Shown piece by piece: positions 1-14,237 of a stretch of 64,000 bases of DNA. The position numbers were made by a program, and so were the translations under genes. The notes under the pieces were generated by a model, which saw only the letters and a program-made list of their open reading frames with translations, was not told where the DNA came from and made no database searches. This DNA comes from Piromyces finnis finn (taxonomy: Eukaryota > Fungi > Neocallimastigomycota): contig MCFH01000008.1 in NCBI GenBank assembly GCA_002104945.1, positions 496,001 to 560,000 of the forward strand, given 5' to 3'. Each line of letters opens with the position of its first letter. Position 1 is the first letter of the stretch.

Positions 1-754
1 GAAATTTGTGATGTTATTCGTGGTGGTATTCTTCAAGATATTAAATATAAGCAAGATAAGGGTATTGCTTTTGTTACCTTTATTGATCCAAATGCAGCTA
101 CTGCTTTCTTTAATAGAGCTCAAAGTGAAGGTTTAGTTATTAAGAAAAGAGTTGTAAAGGTTGGTTGGGGTAAGTTATCTACTCAACTTAATCAACAAGT
201 AGCCAAGGCTGTTCAAAACAAGGCAAGCCGTAATGTTTACTTGGGTAGTATTAATGATACTATTACCGAAGAAAAGTTAAAGCAAGACTTTTCTGAATAT
301 GGTGAAGTTGAATTAATAAATATCATTCCAGATAAGAGTATTGCTTTTGTCAACTTTACTGATATTTTATCTGCCGTCAAAGCTGTTGAAGGTATTCAAA
401 ATAATGAAGACTATAAAACTTTCAAGGTTGGCTATGGTAAAGATCGTTGCGGTAATCCACCACGTGAACGTTATAAGAAAAATGATAACAATAAAATGAA
501 TAATAATGAAGCACCAACTAATGGTTCTTCAAGTAATCAACAATTCAGTAATGGTGATGGTTCTATGAACAATCAAAGTAAGTTTTTAACATTTTTAAAT
601 CTACTCTACTCTATTAATAATAATTAATAATCCATTTCCAAATTAGTTTATTAATGATTCTATTTCCTCTTTATATTTATATATGTAAATATTAGATTAT
701 GAAGGCTATGATGACAACAGTTCATCAAATTTACAAGATCTTAGCAATGAATAA
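1..754 (+). CDS. MRN1: Multi-RRM RNA-binding protein, Mrn1 (S. cerevisiae)/Nrd1 (S. pombe) family; 3' part only, 5' end lies outside the window
   Basis: Frame 1 is open from base 1: EICDVIRGGILQDIKY..KGIAFVTF..VKVGWGK..ASRNVYLGSI..SIAFVNF..FKVGYGKDRCGNPPR. These are two RRMs with the family-typical GYGKDRCGNPP ending. An intron at 578-695 (GTAAGT..TAG) joins to a last exon ending TAA at 752-754. Confidence 0.88.
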
Positions 755-2477
755 TTTATTAAAGAAGATAATAATTATAATATAAAATAAGTAGCATTAA
801 AATATTATAATTCTGTATTTTTATTTTAATTTTATTATTATTATTTTTTTTTATTTTATTTTATTTTCCAATTTTCTTTTTAACGCACCGCAATATATTA
901 TAAAATTTATATATAATTTATTATTCGAGAATTGAAAAGAAAAGAAAAATAAAGTAAAAAAAAAAACAAAAAAAAAAAAAAATAAAATATTTTATACTTT
1001 TTAATAATAAAATCATAAAAAAAGTTTTTTTTTTTTTTAAAAAAAAAGAATATATTTTTTATTTAAAAATTTTTATAACTCATCTTTAGAATATTATAAT
1101 ATAATATTACATAGTATAATGAATGTAGTTTTTTAGATCAAATAAATAAATCTACTTTTATATATATTTATATATATAATATTAAATACAAATCCTATTT
1201 TTATTTTTATATATAAATTTACTGATTTCATTTTGTTCATTCTCTGCTTAAGTATTGGAAATTATTATGGAAAAAAATTTAACATCTATATTAGCATAAA
1301 GTATTTAGGAATACCATAGAATCATATAAAACGTAAAAAAAAAAAAAGAAAAGTCAACGATAAGAATTTAGATACAATAAAGGAGTGAAAATGAAAAAAT
1401 AAAATGTAAAAAATATAAGAAAATAATACATATACACAATAGAAATGTAGAGTTGAGCTTCGATATACACACACACACAAAAAAAAAAAGTAAACTTTTA
1501 TATTTTTTTTTTCCCTTCCTTTTTAAATATGAATTCTTTTTTAATTTACTTTTATTAATCTTTATATATATATATATATATTTTTTTTCTTTATTAATAT
1601 TTCAAAAATCCTTTCAAATATATTTATTTTTAAAAAGTTTTCTTTCTTTTTTTAATATATATATAATGAACTGTCCTTTTTTTTTTCTTTTTTTTTTTTT
1701 TTTTTTTTTTTTTTCTTTTATTTTTCTTTTTCGAATTCTTTTTTTTTTTTATTTAAATCAATAAATAGAATTAAAAAAGATAAGAAGATAAAAAAAAAAA
1801 AAAAAAAATCATTAGAAATGTGTTAATATGACACACATATTATTCTTATTATTATTAATGAAATTCAAAGGATTTTTTCCTCTTTTCTTTTTCCGTATCC
1901 ATATTTTAATATTTTAAATTATTTAATTTTTTCAATTATAATTAAATAAATATTGAGATAGTATATTATTTTGATGTTTGTTTGTTTGTTTTTTTAAATA
2001 TGTTATATACATAATTTTTCATTTTATTTATTTAAATCATAAATAAAATGAAATATGGTATAATCTTCATTGAGATTGAAAGTGTGTTATTTTTTTTTTT
2101 AAATAGTGGTAAAAAAAAAAAATAACACAATAAATAATATTTTAAATTTTTAATAATACAAAAGCATTACTCTTTTTTTTTTAATAAATTTTTAAGAAAA
2201 AACATTTATATAAAATAAAAAATATAATATATAAATGATCATTAAAAAATAAAAAAAAAAAAAAAATAACAACATATATAATACAAAATAATATATGTAT
2301 GTTATTAATGTAATGATATATATTATAAAAATTATTACTATAATATTAAATATTGAATTAACAATATGTTTTTGTTAAAATGTATATATATAATTAGATT
2401 TAATATCAATTTATAAATTGTATCACTATTAGATAGTTTTTTTCTTTTTCAAGAAAAAGAAATGAAAAATATATTAA

Positions 2478-3404
2478 TTATTTTTTATTTCCATTTTCTT
2501 TAAATATTTGAAAAGCAACGGAATCCAAACTTTTACGACCTTTTTGAGATAATCTTCTTCCGCTATTAAATATGTAAATAAAAAATAATTAAAATTTTGA
2601 TGAAAATAAATATATATAATAAGGTTTAAAATTTTAAATATTATTAAAAACTTACCCATAATAATCTTTTTCTAATATTCCCATTTCTTCAAAAGATTGA
2701 ATTATTTTTCGAACTGTATTTCCTGAAGATGAATTAGGATTATAAGACAATGGATTTGAGGAGTGGAGTGAATTTCTTGATAAGCCATTATTAGATTTAC
2801 ATAATCCTCCCATACCAACATTAGAGCGAAAATAAAAATGACGAGCTACAGAAGCTAATATTTTTTAATTTAAAATTTTATAAAATGTTAATATCAATTA
2901 TTGATAATTAAAAAATTATTATAATTCTTATATTATAAATATAATAAATATAATTATATATAAAGTAATAAAAAAAAAAAATCATTTTCTTCTAATTACA
3001 ATATATCAACAAAAAAAAAAAATTACTATTACTCATAACTTAAAAAATGCTTTATATTTCATTAAAATAAAAATTAATTCATTATTATTTTATAGTCATT
3101 CATTTTGGAAAACTCTAATTTTACCATATGATATTCTATTTGCATTAAGAACTTTAATAATAATAATAATTTTCTTATTATTAAAGTTAAACTTTTTTGA
3201 TTTCTTATTTTTTAATTAATTTTTTTTTTTTAAAAAAAAAAATAGAATATACATTTTTTTTTTTATTTTAGTAATATGACTAAAGTAAAAAATAAAAAAC
3301 TATTTAATCTTTTTTTTAGTTTGTATACAATTATAAAGTGGGAAATAACTGAATAATTATATTGTATCATTTATCATTTTATATTATTAATATTTTTAAT
3401 ACTG

Positions 3405-3444
<40 letters not shown>

Positions 3445-3653
3445 AAAACAAATAACAATTATTAGATTTATGTATAATTACCAGCTTTTATAAAATATAA
3501 ATCATTATCATTAAAAGAATATTGTTTGATTGATGTTTTACGTCTATCCACATATTTTGGTGATATCATTTCGCCACTTTCTTTTAGATGAGCAGCATAG
3601 GCCTTAACAAATACTTGAGAGTTTATATCTTTAACAGTAATTTCTTTAACCAT
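2478..3653 (-). CDS. RPS19: Divergent 40S ribosomal protein eS19 (RPS19) paralog, 3 exons
   Basis: Exons 3653-3482, 2854-2656 and 2562-2478 with GT-AG introns and matching phases. Spliced protein: MVKEITVKDINSQVFVKAYAAHLKESGEMISPKYVD..FIKAASVARHFYFRSNVGMGGLCK..GNTVRKIIQSFEEMGILEKDYYGGRRLSQKGRKSLDSVAFQIFKENGNKK*. The TVKD, AASVARH and GGRRLSQKG..LD motifs are eS19 hallmarks. Confidence 0.85.
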
Positions 3654-4331
3654 TTTTTTTCTTAATATAATTATTATATTTAACTTTTTTAATTTTTAAA
3701 TACTTTGTATGTTTGGTAAATTGATTTTATAATAGTCTGTTGTTGTTATTGTTATTTTAATATATTTAAAATTTCAAGTATATAATAAGCATGACTCTTT
3801 GAAATAGTATTTTTTTTTTTTTTTATTATTCTTATTTCTTCTTATCCTCTAATAATATTAATATATTACAATGTTAACTTTTAATAAGGAAAAATTAACA
3901 TAAATAGTCTTTTTTTTTTAAAAAAAAAAAAAAAGGATAATATTGTGCTATTTTTATATTCTTTATATAAAGATCTTATTGGAACACAAAAAGTTTTATT
4001 CTTTTTTTTTATTTATTACAATAAATGGTTTTTTATATGAAAGTTTATATTATTATTTTTTTAATAGATATTATAAAATTTAAAACGGTATTAATTCTGC
4101 TTTTTATCATTTCAAAAACAATTTTATGATATAGAATGACCAGTTTTATTATACACAGTGAAATACAATCTCTGTATAGAAGGTTTTTATTTATTTTAAT
4201 AATTAATATTATTAAAATAATAAATTATCATCTCTTCAAAAATATTTTTTAATCAATAATAAAGAAAAAAGGATTTTTTTTATGTCTTTTATATCATTTT
4301 AAAAAATAAATTAAAATAATCATATTACTTT

Positions 4332-4364
<33 letters not shown>

Positions 4365-6327
4365 CATCATAAATTATTAAAGTTTTTATTATAAATTAAA
4401 CAAACGTTGGTTATAAAAAATTTAACTTTTTTATTCTTTACTACTACATTATTATATTTATTTAAAATTTTTATTTTACCAATTTTAATTATTATTTAAA
4501 TACATTTCTAATAAATATCATGTATATATATAATTTGAATATAAAATAAAAGCTATATATATATTTACGGATGATGTATTGAATAAAAAAAAAACTTTAT
4601 AATTAATTTTTTTTTATATTTTTTTGAACACTAAAATTTCATAATTATTTTCTTTTTAAATAATAATGTATATATTTTTTTTTAAAAAAAACAAAACAAA
4701 ATAAAATCATTCCTGTTTTACTAACAGAAACTAATAACATATTATTTTCTTTTATCTTATCATCAAAAACTTGGGAAGGTAAAAAATTAATTTGGAAAAA
4801 AAAATAAAGATATTAAAAAAGAAATCTCCTATATGGCATAGTATAAAAACAAATTACTTTATATAAAAAAATATCACAAGACATGTAAAAGAAAAGTTTA
4901 TATATAAAAATATTGATTCATTTAACTTTTATCACCTTTTCACATGAAAAACTTTGATTTTTTATTAAAAACAAAAAAAAAAATGCATATTTAAAAGTAA
5001 TTAATAATGTTAGTTTTTAAATATATTAAAATAAAATAGTATTATAACTTTATTTTTTATAATGAAGTGAATAGTTATAATAAAGGAAATATTATTACTA
5101 AAAATTGTCTATAGAGAGATAATTTGCTTAATTTTAATTTAGCTTTAAATACCTCAATAAATTTTAATTAATATTTCTTTTATATAATATAAAATTGTAT
5201 ATTATTTATTTATTTATGATATTTTTAATTATAAATAAACACAAAGATAGATATGGGGATTATTAACATTGTAAAATAAAAAGAGAATTGATTATATAAA
5301 GAAAATTCATTAATTGAATTAATGTATTTTTAAATTAATAAAATTGATAATAAAATATCATAAGATAAAATAATTTTTCTTTACAAAAAATAATATAATA
5401 ATAATATTTAATAGAAAAAACCCAAGAAAATAAAAAGTAAAATGAGTATAGTTTAACAAAAAATGGATAAATTATTTAAAGTTTATAATAAAAATATTTT
5501 TATTCACTTTAAAATGGTGAAAAATAAATAAAATTTATTTTTTAAAGTTTATAATGTTATGTAGTATGGTAAATAGAATAATGATGAAGAAAGAAAATAA
5601 AATTATATATAATATATAATTTTATTGTTTTTAAAAAAACGACTATTATTATTTTAATGTTACAAATAAAAAAAGGATCAACATTATTATATTTTACATT
5701 ATTCGTTCAAAATTTAAAAAAAAATAAACATTTATATCATAGTATAGTTTGTAGTATTTTTATTTTTAAAATGATAATTAACTAAGAAGAAAAATTCTAT
5801 ATAATAATGTTTATAACTACTTATAAAATAATACATATTAGTATGGAATATGAAAATTATTAACTATTTCTTCAAAATATTCTACATTAATTAATTTTCT
5901 ATATTCATATATTTTTTGTGTGATTAAGAGATTAATTAAAAGAATACAGTCAATGCTTTCAATACACGTTCTCATGTATATAATCTGAAATATAAAATAA
6001 TAAATTGAAATATATTTATATATCAATATTTAAACAAGTTCAATTCAATATTATGCATTGATTTAATATTAATTATAAGCAATTATTTTATTTTTATATA
6101 GAAATTATCAATTTATTTTATACATATATCATGTTTTTTTTTTTTTTTTTTTTAATAAAAACTATATTTATTATATATTAATTTTATTAATAAATAAAAG
6201 TATTAATTTATTATTTTATTTATGTATTTATGTGGCATTGTTCATTTATTAATAGAAATCTAAGAAAATATTTTATTTAAAAAAACTATAAATAATATTT
6301 AAATCTATTTAATTTATAATAAAAATT

Positions 6328-6434
6328 GATTAATAGAATAAAATCTCTTTGTAGAATAATTAAAATAAAACAGCAAGTATTGATTAAAGAATGAAATCTC
6401 TTTGTAGAATAATTAAAATAAAACAGCAAGTATT
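6328..6434. repeat. Two-copy tandem duplication (~53-54 bp) overlapping the stop codon and 3' UTR of the CAP gene
   Basis: GATTAA(T)AGAAT(A/G)AAATCTCTTTGTAGAATAATTAAAATAAAACAGCAAGTATT occurs at 6328-6381 and 6382-6434. The copies differ by one indel and one substitution. Confidence 0.95.
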
Positions 6435-7202
6435 ATAACTATAAATAAATGATAATAAAATCTATGATTAAATATGATATTATATCCACTACTATTATCA
6501 TTTTCTTCTGGACTATTAAGAGATGTGGAATCTATGGTGGTGATATTACTTTCTTCATATACTTGTTGGTTTAAATAATTACCAGTTTCGTATCTACATA
6601 CTAAAAGATTCTTATAACTAAGTTTTTCACAATAACTTAAACCACACCCTAGTTTAGAATTTTTTGCCCAAACAATCTGTGAATAATGACCTACAACTTT
6701 TCCATTATATGAAACATCTAAAAATTTCGCTCTATATCCCGATTCATCAAAGGCTGCTTTCTCATTCATCCATTGATTAAACATTTGTGAGACATCATGA
6801 TTGGTGTTACCAGCTAAGTTTTCACCACCGGAAAAATCAGAGTGAATCATACCTAAGCATTTATCAGAGTAATCCTTTCACACAAACAAACAAACAAAAA
6901 ATTATAATTTTAGTTAAAACGGAAAGTATAAAAATGTCCATAGTATATACTATATATATACATTTATCAATTTTCATTAATAAATATATTAATTGATTTT
7001 GTTTAAAGAAACAACTTACTTGAGCACCTTTAGCAATTTCATCATCCCAAGATAATTCTTTCATATCTGGAGCATATACAGCATCTCTTGCAGTTTTATG
7101 AAGATCTAATAAAGCATTTTTCTCTTCTCTTGTTAAATTTGCATAAATTTTAGTACATATTAAAAGAAAAAATGATAAAAGAACACTAACATTATACTTC
7201 AT
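6413..7202 (-). CDS. Secreted CAP/SCP/PR-1 family protein with a hydrophobic C-terminus (possible GPI signal or TM)
   Basis: Exon 7202-7020 has a signal peptide, LLDLHKTAR and LSWDDEIAKGAQ. Intron 7019-6875. Exon 6874-6413 has GENLA, QW..EK, GHYSQIVWAKNSKLGCG and LLVCRYETGN (CAP signatures), then an S/T-rich linker and FYYHLFIVIILAVLF*. Confidence 0.93.
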
Positions 7203-8684
7203 TTTTTTTAATAAAAGTTAATTCTTATACTAATAATATTTATATAATATATGTATAAAATGTATTAAAAATAGTAATATAATTATAATTTTAATTACTA
7301 TCACAGTAATATATAAATCATTAAAAAAAAAAAAAAAAAGAATTAAAGATATAGTTTTTTCTATAAGAAAAGTGAAAAAAAAAAAAAAAGAAAATTACTA
7401 ATTTAAAATAAATGTCACATACATGATAGTAGCACTATAATTAGAGTTTTTATAGTATTTTAAATTTAAAGAATATTTTTTTCAAATTAATTGTATGGTT
7501 ATACTACCTACATGAAAAAAAAAACTTTATAAAATATTTTAAAAGAATTATATTCGATTCTTTGTGTACTTATTCTTTTTTTAATATTTATTTTTATATA
7601 TTAAAATAATACAGTGGTCTTTTATAACTTTTCCTTATTTTTAAATTATTTACATCGTTCATTCAATTTTTACTTTAAAATTATATATGTTAATAATTTA
7701 ACTGTTTTTCACTAATTAATTAATTAAAATCTTTTCTATACATTTTTTTAAAACTATACATTTTTATATAAATTATAGTTTAATATTTAGATTTAAAAAA
7801 AGCTATATATTTATTAATATTTAATAATATGTAAAATTTATAACATACATTTTTTAATGAAAAATGAAATAACTATTGGTACATTTTATTTAATTGTATA
7901 TATATAATTTAGGTTTTCTTTACCAAATACACCATATACACAGATATTTAAATAAAAAATTGTGAGATGAAATTCCTCTACAAAAACAATTAATAATTTG
8001 ACAATTGTTTTCACCTTTTTAAAAATTTTCCAGAAATTTATATTTATAATATTAGAAACATTTACTTCCTTAACTATTTGGATACATTATAATTGAAATT
8101 ACATATTGAGATTTATTTGAACAAATTTAAAGCATACACCAAATTGATATATATTTTGCTTTTCTATATGATTTACATATATAATATAATTCTGATTATT
8201 ATTATTTCTATTATCTATTATAATTATAATTTAAATATGGATTAATGGTGATTAAAAGAATATCATTTCTTTAAATCATTAATAAAAAATAATATTATTA
8301 TATTTATAAAGAAAAAGCAAGGGTTAATAATACAATTATTTAAGTTTTAAAATAAATAGATAATTGATTTATTATTACTTATAGTTTTTTAATAAATATA
8401 ATGTTTTATTAAATATTTTTTGTGAATTATATGGCATATATTACATTTCGTAATGTTATTACATTTATTAATATTAAAATTAATCTCCAATTTTATAATA
8501 ATAAAAAGTCATTTTCTATATAGTTTATAAGTTAAATGTAGTAATAGTGATCAAAATAAAATATTGGATTAAAGTATTATTTTAATATACTATTATTATA
8601 TTTATAATTGTTATTTTTATAATTATTATTATTAATAATAAATGTTTTTAATCACATGTATTAATTAAAAAAAAAAAAGAACCA

Positions 8685-8814
8685 TTTTCAAAAATGAAGA
8701 AACAGTATGACAGACCAGGAGGGTCACAACCACCTAGCAATAGGAATGAGCCAACGTTTCTCTAAGAACCACCATTGGAGCTAACTCTGATCGATGGGAG
8801 AAATGCACTCGGAA

Positions 8815-8868
<54 letters not shown>

Positions 8869-8875
8869 CAAAAAT
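8685..8875 (+). mobile_element. 5'-truncated non-LTR retroposon (LINE 3' end or SINE) with poly(A) tail and target-site duplication
   Basis: A 122-nt body (8696-8817) at about 47% GC (57/122 counted) in a very AT-rich background, followed by about 47 A (8818-8864). It is flanked by identical TTTTCAAAAAT at 8685-8695 and 8865-8875. Confidence 0.85.
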
Positions 8876-8920
8876 ATTTATTTAGTAGTTTAGGTAGTAG
8901 TAGTATTTTTCAAATACATT

Positions 8921-9010
8921 GTAATTTTATAAATTGCTATTAAAAAAATATATAATATTTGCTTTGTAATTTTATAAATTGCTATTAAAAAAATATATAA
9001 TATTTGCTTT
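8921..9010. repeat. Perfect two-copy 45-bp tandem duplication
   Basis: GTAATTTTATAAATTGCTATTAAAAAAATATATAATATTTGCTTT at 8921-8965 and 8966-9010. Confidence 0.95.
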
Positions 9011-10752
9011 CTAAAAAAAAAAACAAAAAACTCAATTTATGAAAGCATTAAAAATAATAAAATATTAAGTTTTAATAATTTATTTGTTTAAAAATAAAGA
9101 TTAAACAATTCTATTTTCTAATTCTATTTTTTATATTATTTATTTTTATTTTATTATAAAAGTAGCAATATGACTTGTTTTTTAATAAATTAAATTGATC
9201 ATTTGCTTGGTTTTAATGGCGATTAATAGTAAATTAATGAATAAAATTCTTAAAATAAAATTGTAAACTTCTTTTTTTTTATTATTATTATTATTTTATT
9301 TTAAGTATTAATGCCTACGATTTAATATATCTTTTTCATTTTAATTTGTTGAATTTGACACCTTTAATAATTTATTCTACTATTATAGTGATTGATATAA
9401 ACTATTATCTTTAATAATTAATCTTCTCAATCCATTGTTTATCAATGATAATTATTAATAATGTCTATTTTTAATTAATTGTTTTATTTTATAAACATTT
9501 TTCATATTATTTTTTTAAAGGTATTCAATTCAATAAAAAGAATAAATACCTTTTTCCTTAATATATAGAATCTTCCCTCAGTGTCGTAGGAATAAAGTAA
9601 CCTTTATCATGTTTGCTTGCAGGCTTACAGGCGTTTAATTTTATTACAGAAATAAATTTTTTTTTTTGATATTAATTAATAATTTAATATAAATAAGAAT
9701 GATTTATTTTAATATATTTATCAATAAATTAAATATATTAATATTATTCATTTATATTAAAATATTTACTATTTTTATTTTATTATAAAATATATTATTT
9801 ATATAAAAAAGTGTAATTATCAATATATTAACAATAGTTTATTTTCCGTATTTTCTTATAAAATTTTATTTTTAATAAAAATCTATAGATATTGATGGTA
9901 AAAATAATATTTTTCATATATTAATTAATTTATTATTTTTAATTGATTGCTTATTCATTTATATTGTAATATATACAATATTTTAATTAAATTAAAATCA
10001 ATACAATTTTAGTCAATAATTTTTAAAATGTTTAAATCATAACTTAACCCTTAACTTTTATTATTTTAATTATCAGTTTTAGGTTTTATGATAACAGATT
10101 AATAATAATATAAGAATGAAAATAATATAAATATTAAAGAAAAAGGTACTTTAAAAAATTTATTTTATATTTTTATTTTATACTGAAAAACTATTTTATT
10201 ATATTTTATTCTATTTTATTATATAAAAAAAGTATTATTCATAAAAAGATTAATATTGAATCTAAAAATTATTTTTAAATTTTTTATAGGAAAATAATTT
10301 CAATAATTGTGAAAAAAAAAATTATTAGTAAATTTATTATTAATAAATAGAAATCAAAAAATTTATTAAAAGAAAATACCTAAAAGAAAATTTAAAAAAT
10401 TTTTTTTTCTCCCATAAAGAAAAACAAAAAAAAAAAAAAAACACCCACAAAAATACACCATCATTCAATAGAAAAAAAAAAGAAAATAAATTAATAGAAA
10501 TATATAAAAACAAAAAATAAATGATAAATTAAAAAGAAAAAAAAAAAGTTAAACAAACAAAAAAAAAGAAATAAAAAAAAGAAATAATATATATTATATA
10601 GTTAACTTGTTGTAAATTATTTTATATAATATACACTATTTCTTAAAAAAAATAAAAGATTTTTTATTTGATACCTAACAATATTCTATAAATTAAATAA
10701 AGGTAATATAAACAAATTATATATAAATTTCTTTTTTTATAGCTAAAATTAC

Positions 10753-10813
10753 TACTGATAATTTATCATTATTACCTAAATGATAAAATTATGAATTTTG
10801 TAAATTATCAGTA
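10753..10813. promoter_or_regulatory. Inverted repeat carrying a cluster of GATAA motifs about 200-260 bp upstream of the protease start codon
   Basis: TACTGATAATTTA (10753-10765) and its reverse complement TAAATTATCAGTA (10801-10813), plus a nested TTTATCATT/AATGATAAA pair. Four TGATAA sites on alternating strands. Confidence 0.35.
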
Positions 10814-11010
10814 ATTTAAACTTTTTTTAGGTATAAAATAATTAACACTTTTTTATATATATTTAATAGATATTCCAATTTAGAAATAAAATTAAATTAT
10901 AAAAGCAATTCGTGTAAAAAAAAAAAAAAAAGAGTTTAATTATTCAATAACCAAAATCTTTCTTATTCTTTTCCTATTTTTTTAAAGAAAAAGAAAAAAT
11001 AATAAACAAA

Positions 11011-12552
<1,542 letters not shown>

Positions 12553-13080
12553 ATTATAAAACATTAATTTACCTATAAAAACATATATATTTTTTATAAT
12601 ATCATCAATAATATTCTAATCGTACTTCATCTAAAATACTTAATCATATAATACTAATATTATCATTATCGAAAACTTAATTAAATATAACTTTTTTTTC
12701 AATATTTTTTTTTATAATTTCAAATTGAAAGTATTTTAAAAAAAATAAGAAAAGAAAAAGAGAGATATAAAAAAAATATCTGAAAAACAAAACAAGTTTA
12801 TAAATTCATGTATTTTTTTTCTTTCTATATGTAAATAATCTTTAAAAAGAATATAATAATAATAATAAAAAAAAAGTAATAATAAATATTTGTTATTTTT
12901 TTTTTTTTTTTTTTTTTTTTGATATTTATATATAATATATAAATTTAAAGAAAATATTAAAATGTTTAGGTTTAGAATTAGTAATTAAATTCAATTATAA
13001 AAATAATTAATATATTAAGATATTAATAATAATTTAATTAATGATAATAGTAGGAAAGTTTTAATAATCAAATTAATATA

Positions 13081-13116
13081 TATTAGGAGAAGTAGTTATA
13101 TTAGGAGAAGTAGTTA
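13081..13116. repeat. Perfect two-copy 18-bp tandem duplication
   Basis: TATTAGGAGAAGTAGTTA repeated twice. Confidence 0.9.
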
Positions 13117-13574
13117 AATCTTAATTTTAAAGTATAAATGGATGAAAAGAATTTATGAAACTTATTTGTGAACAATATTATTGTTGGAAGACATGCCGAA
13201 ACTTCTTTAAAATATTATGATTTATATTATTGTCTAAAGAAACTAGTAAGCAAAGTTATTGAAAATGAAGAAACAGAAAAGAATGCCATGTCAAGTATAA
13301 TTAATTAACTATAATTTCTTTTCTTGAAAAATATTGATCATGTTTTTTTTTTTTTTCTTTCTTGTTTTTAAATTGAATTTCTATTATAAATTATAATTAA
13401 TATAAAGATTTTATAATATTTAATACTATTAAAAAAAAAAAAAAAGAATAATTTTAAAAACTAATTCCTTTTTTATTTGTTTAAATAAAATATTTTTTAA
13501 AAGTTGAAAACTGGTCACTATTAAGACAGTCTCAGATAGGTATATTAATAGAATTAAATAAAATTATTAAATAT

Positions 13575-13718
13575 ATATTCAATTTATTTTATACATTAAT
13601 AGTATTTTAAAAATTCAGATATTAAAATAGTTAAAAAAAGGATGACATATTCAATTTATTTTATACATTAATAGTATTTTAAAAATTCAGATATTAAAAT
13701 AGTTAAAAAAAGGATGAC
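13575..13718. repeat. Perfect two-copy 72-bp tandem duplication
   Basis: ATATTCAATTTATTTTATACATTAATAGTATTTTAAAAATTCAGATATTAAAATAGTTAAAAAAAGGATGAC at 13575-13646 and 13647-13718. Confidence 0.95.
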
Positions 13719-13887
13719 AATAATAATAATTATATATAGTTATCCTATAATTGAGTAATGATTAAGATCGAACTTATATTTTACATTAAAAATTGATTAT
13801 ATATAACTTTTTAATAAACTATAAAAATAATAATAATAAAACGAAAAAAAAAATAAAGATTTATATATTAATGTTTTATTTACTTTA

Positions 13888-13926
<39 letters not shown>

Positions 13927-14197
13927 AATTTAACATTTAAAAAAAAAACTTTATATTTAATAAAATTCCTAAGCAAATAATAAAAATTAAAATTTAGTTT
14001 TTAATATAAATTGTCATAATTTATGGAATCTTTAAATTAAAATTTTAATTTACTCATGAATTTTAAATTAATATTTTTTAAGAATTAATTAAAAAATTTT
14101 TAAAAACATCTTAAATGTGGATTATTTATATTATTATATAATTGATAATCAAATCTTTTTCTTTTTTTCTTTTTAAATGAAAACAAGAAAAAAATAA

Positions 14198-14237
<40 letters not shown>

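Noticed and set aside
1453-1764. 103-aa Phe-rich ORF
   Set aside because: Product of poly-T and (TA)n runs in intergenic DNA, with no codon or domain signal.
4711-4735. CCTGTTTTACTAACAG resembling U5 snRNA loop 1 or a branch point
   Set aside because: The U5 GCCUUUUAC loop and its flanking stems are not matched, and no Sm site is in position.
5838-6026. 62-aa minus-strand ORF downstream of the CAP gene
   Set aside because: No motif and no linkable exons.
13138-13310. Coding-like fragment MDEKNL*NLFVNNIIVGRHAETSLKYY..
   Set aside because: In-frame stop and no recognisable family. A possible relic, but not supportable.
13883-13925. Long poly(A) runs (also about 3409-3441, 4336-4363, 23041-23068) as retroposon tails
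   Set aside because: No GC-rich body or target-site duplication, and homopolymers are ubiquitous here.
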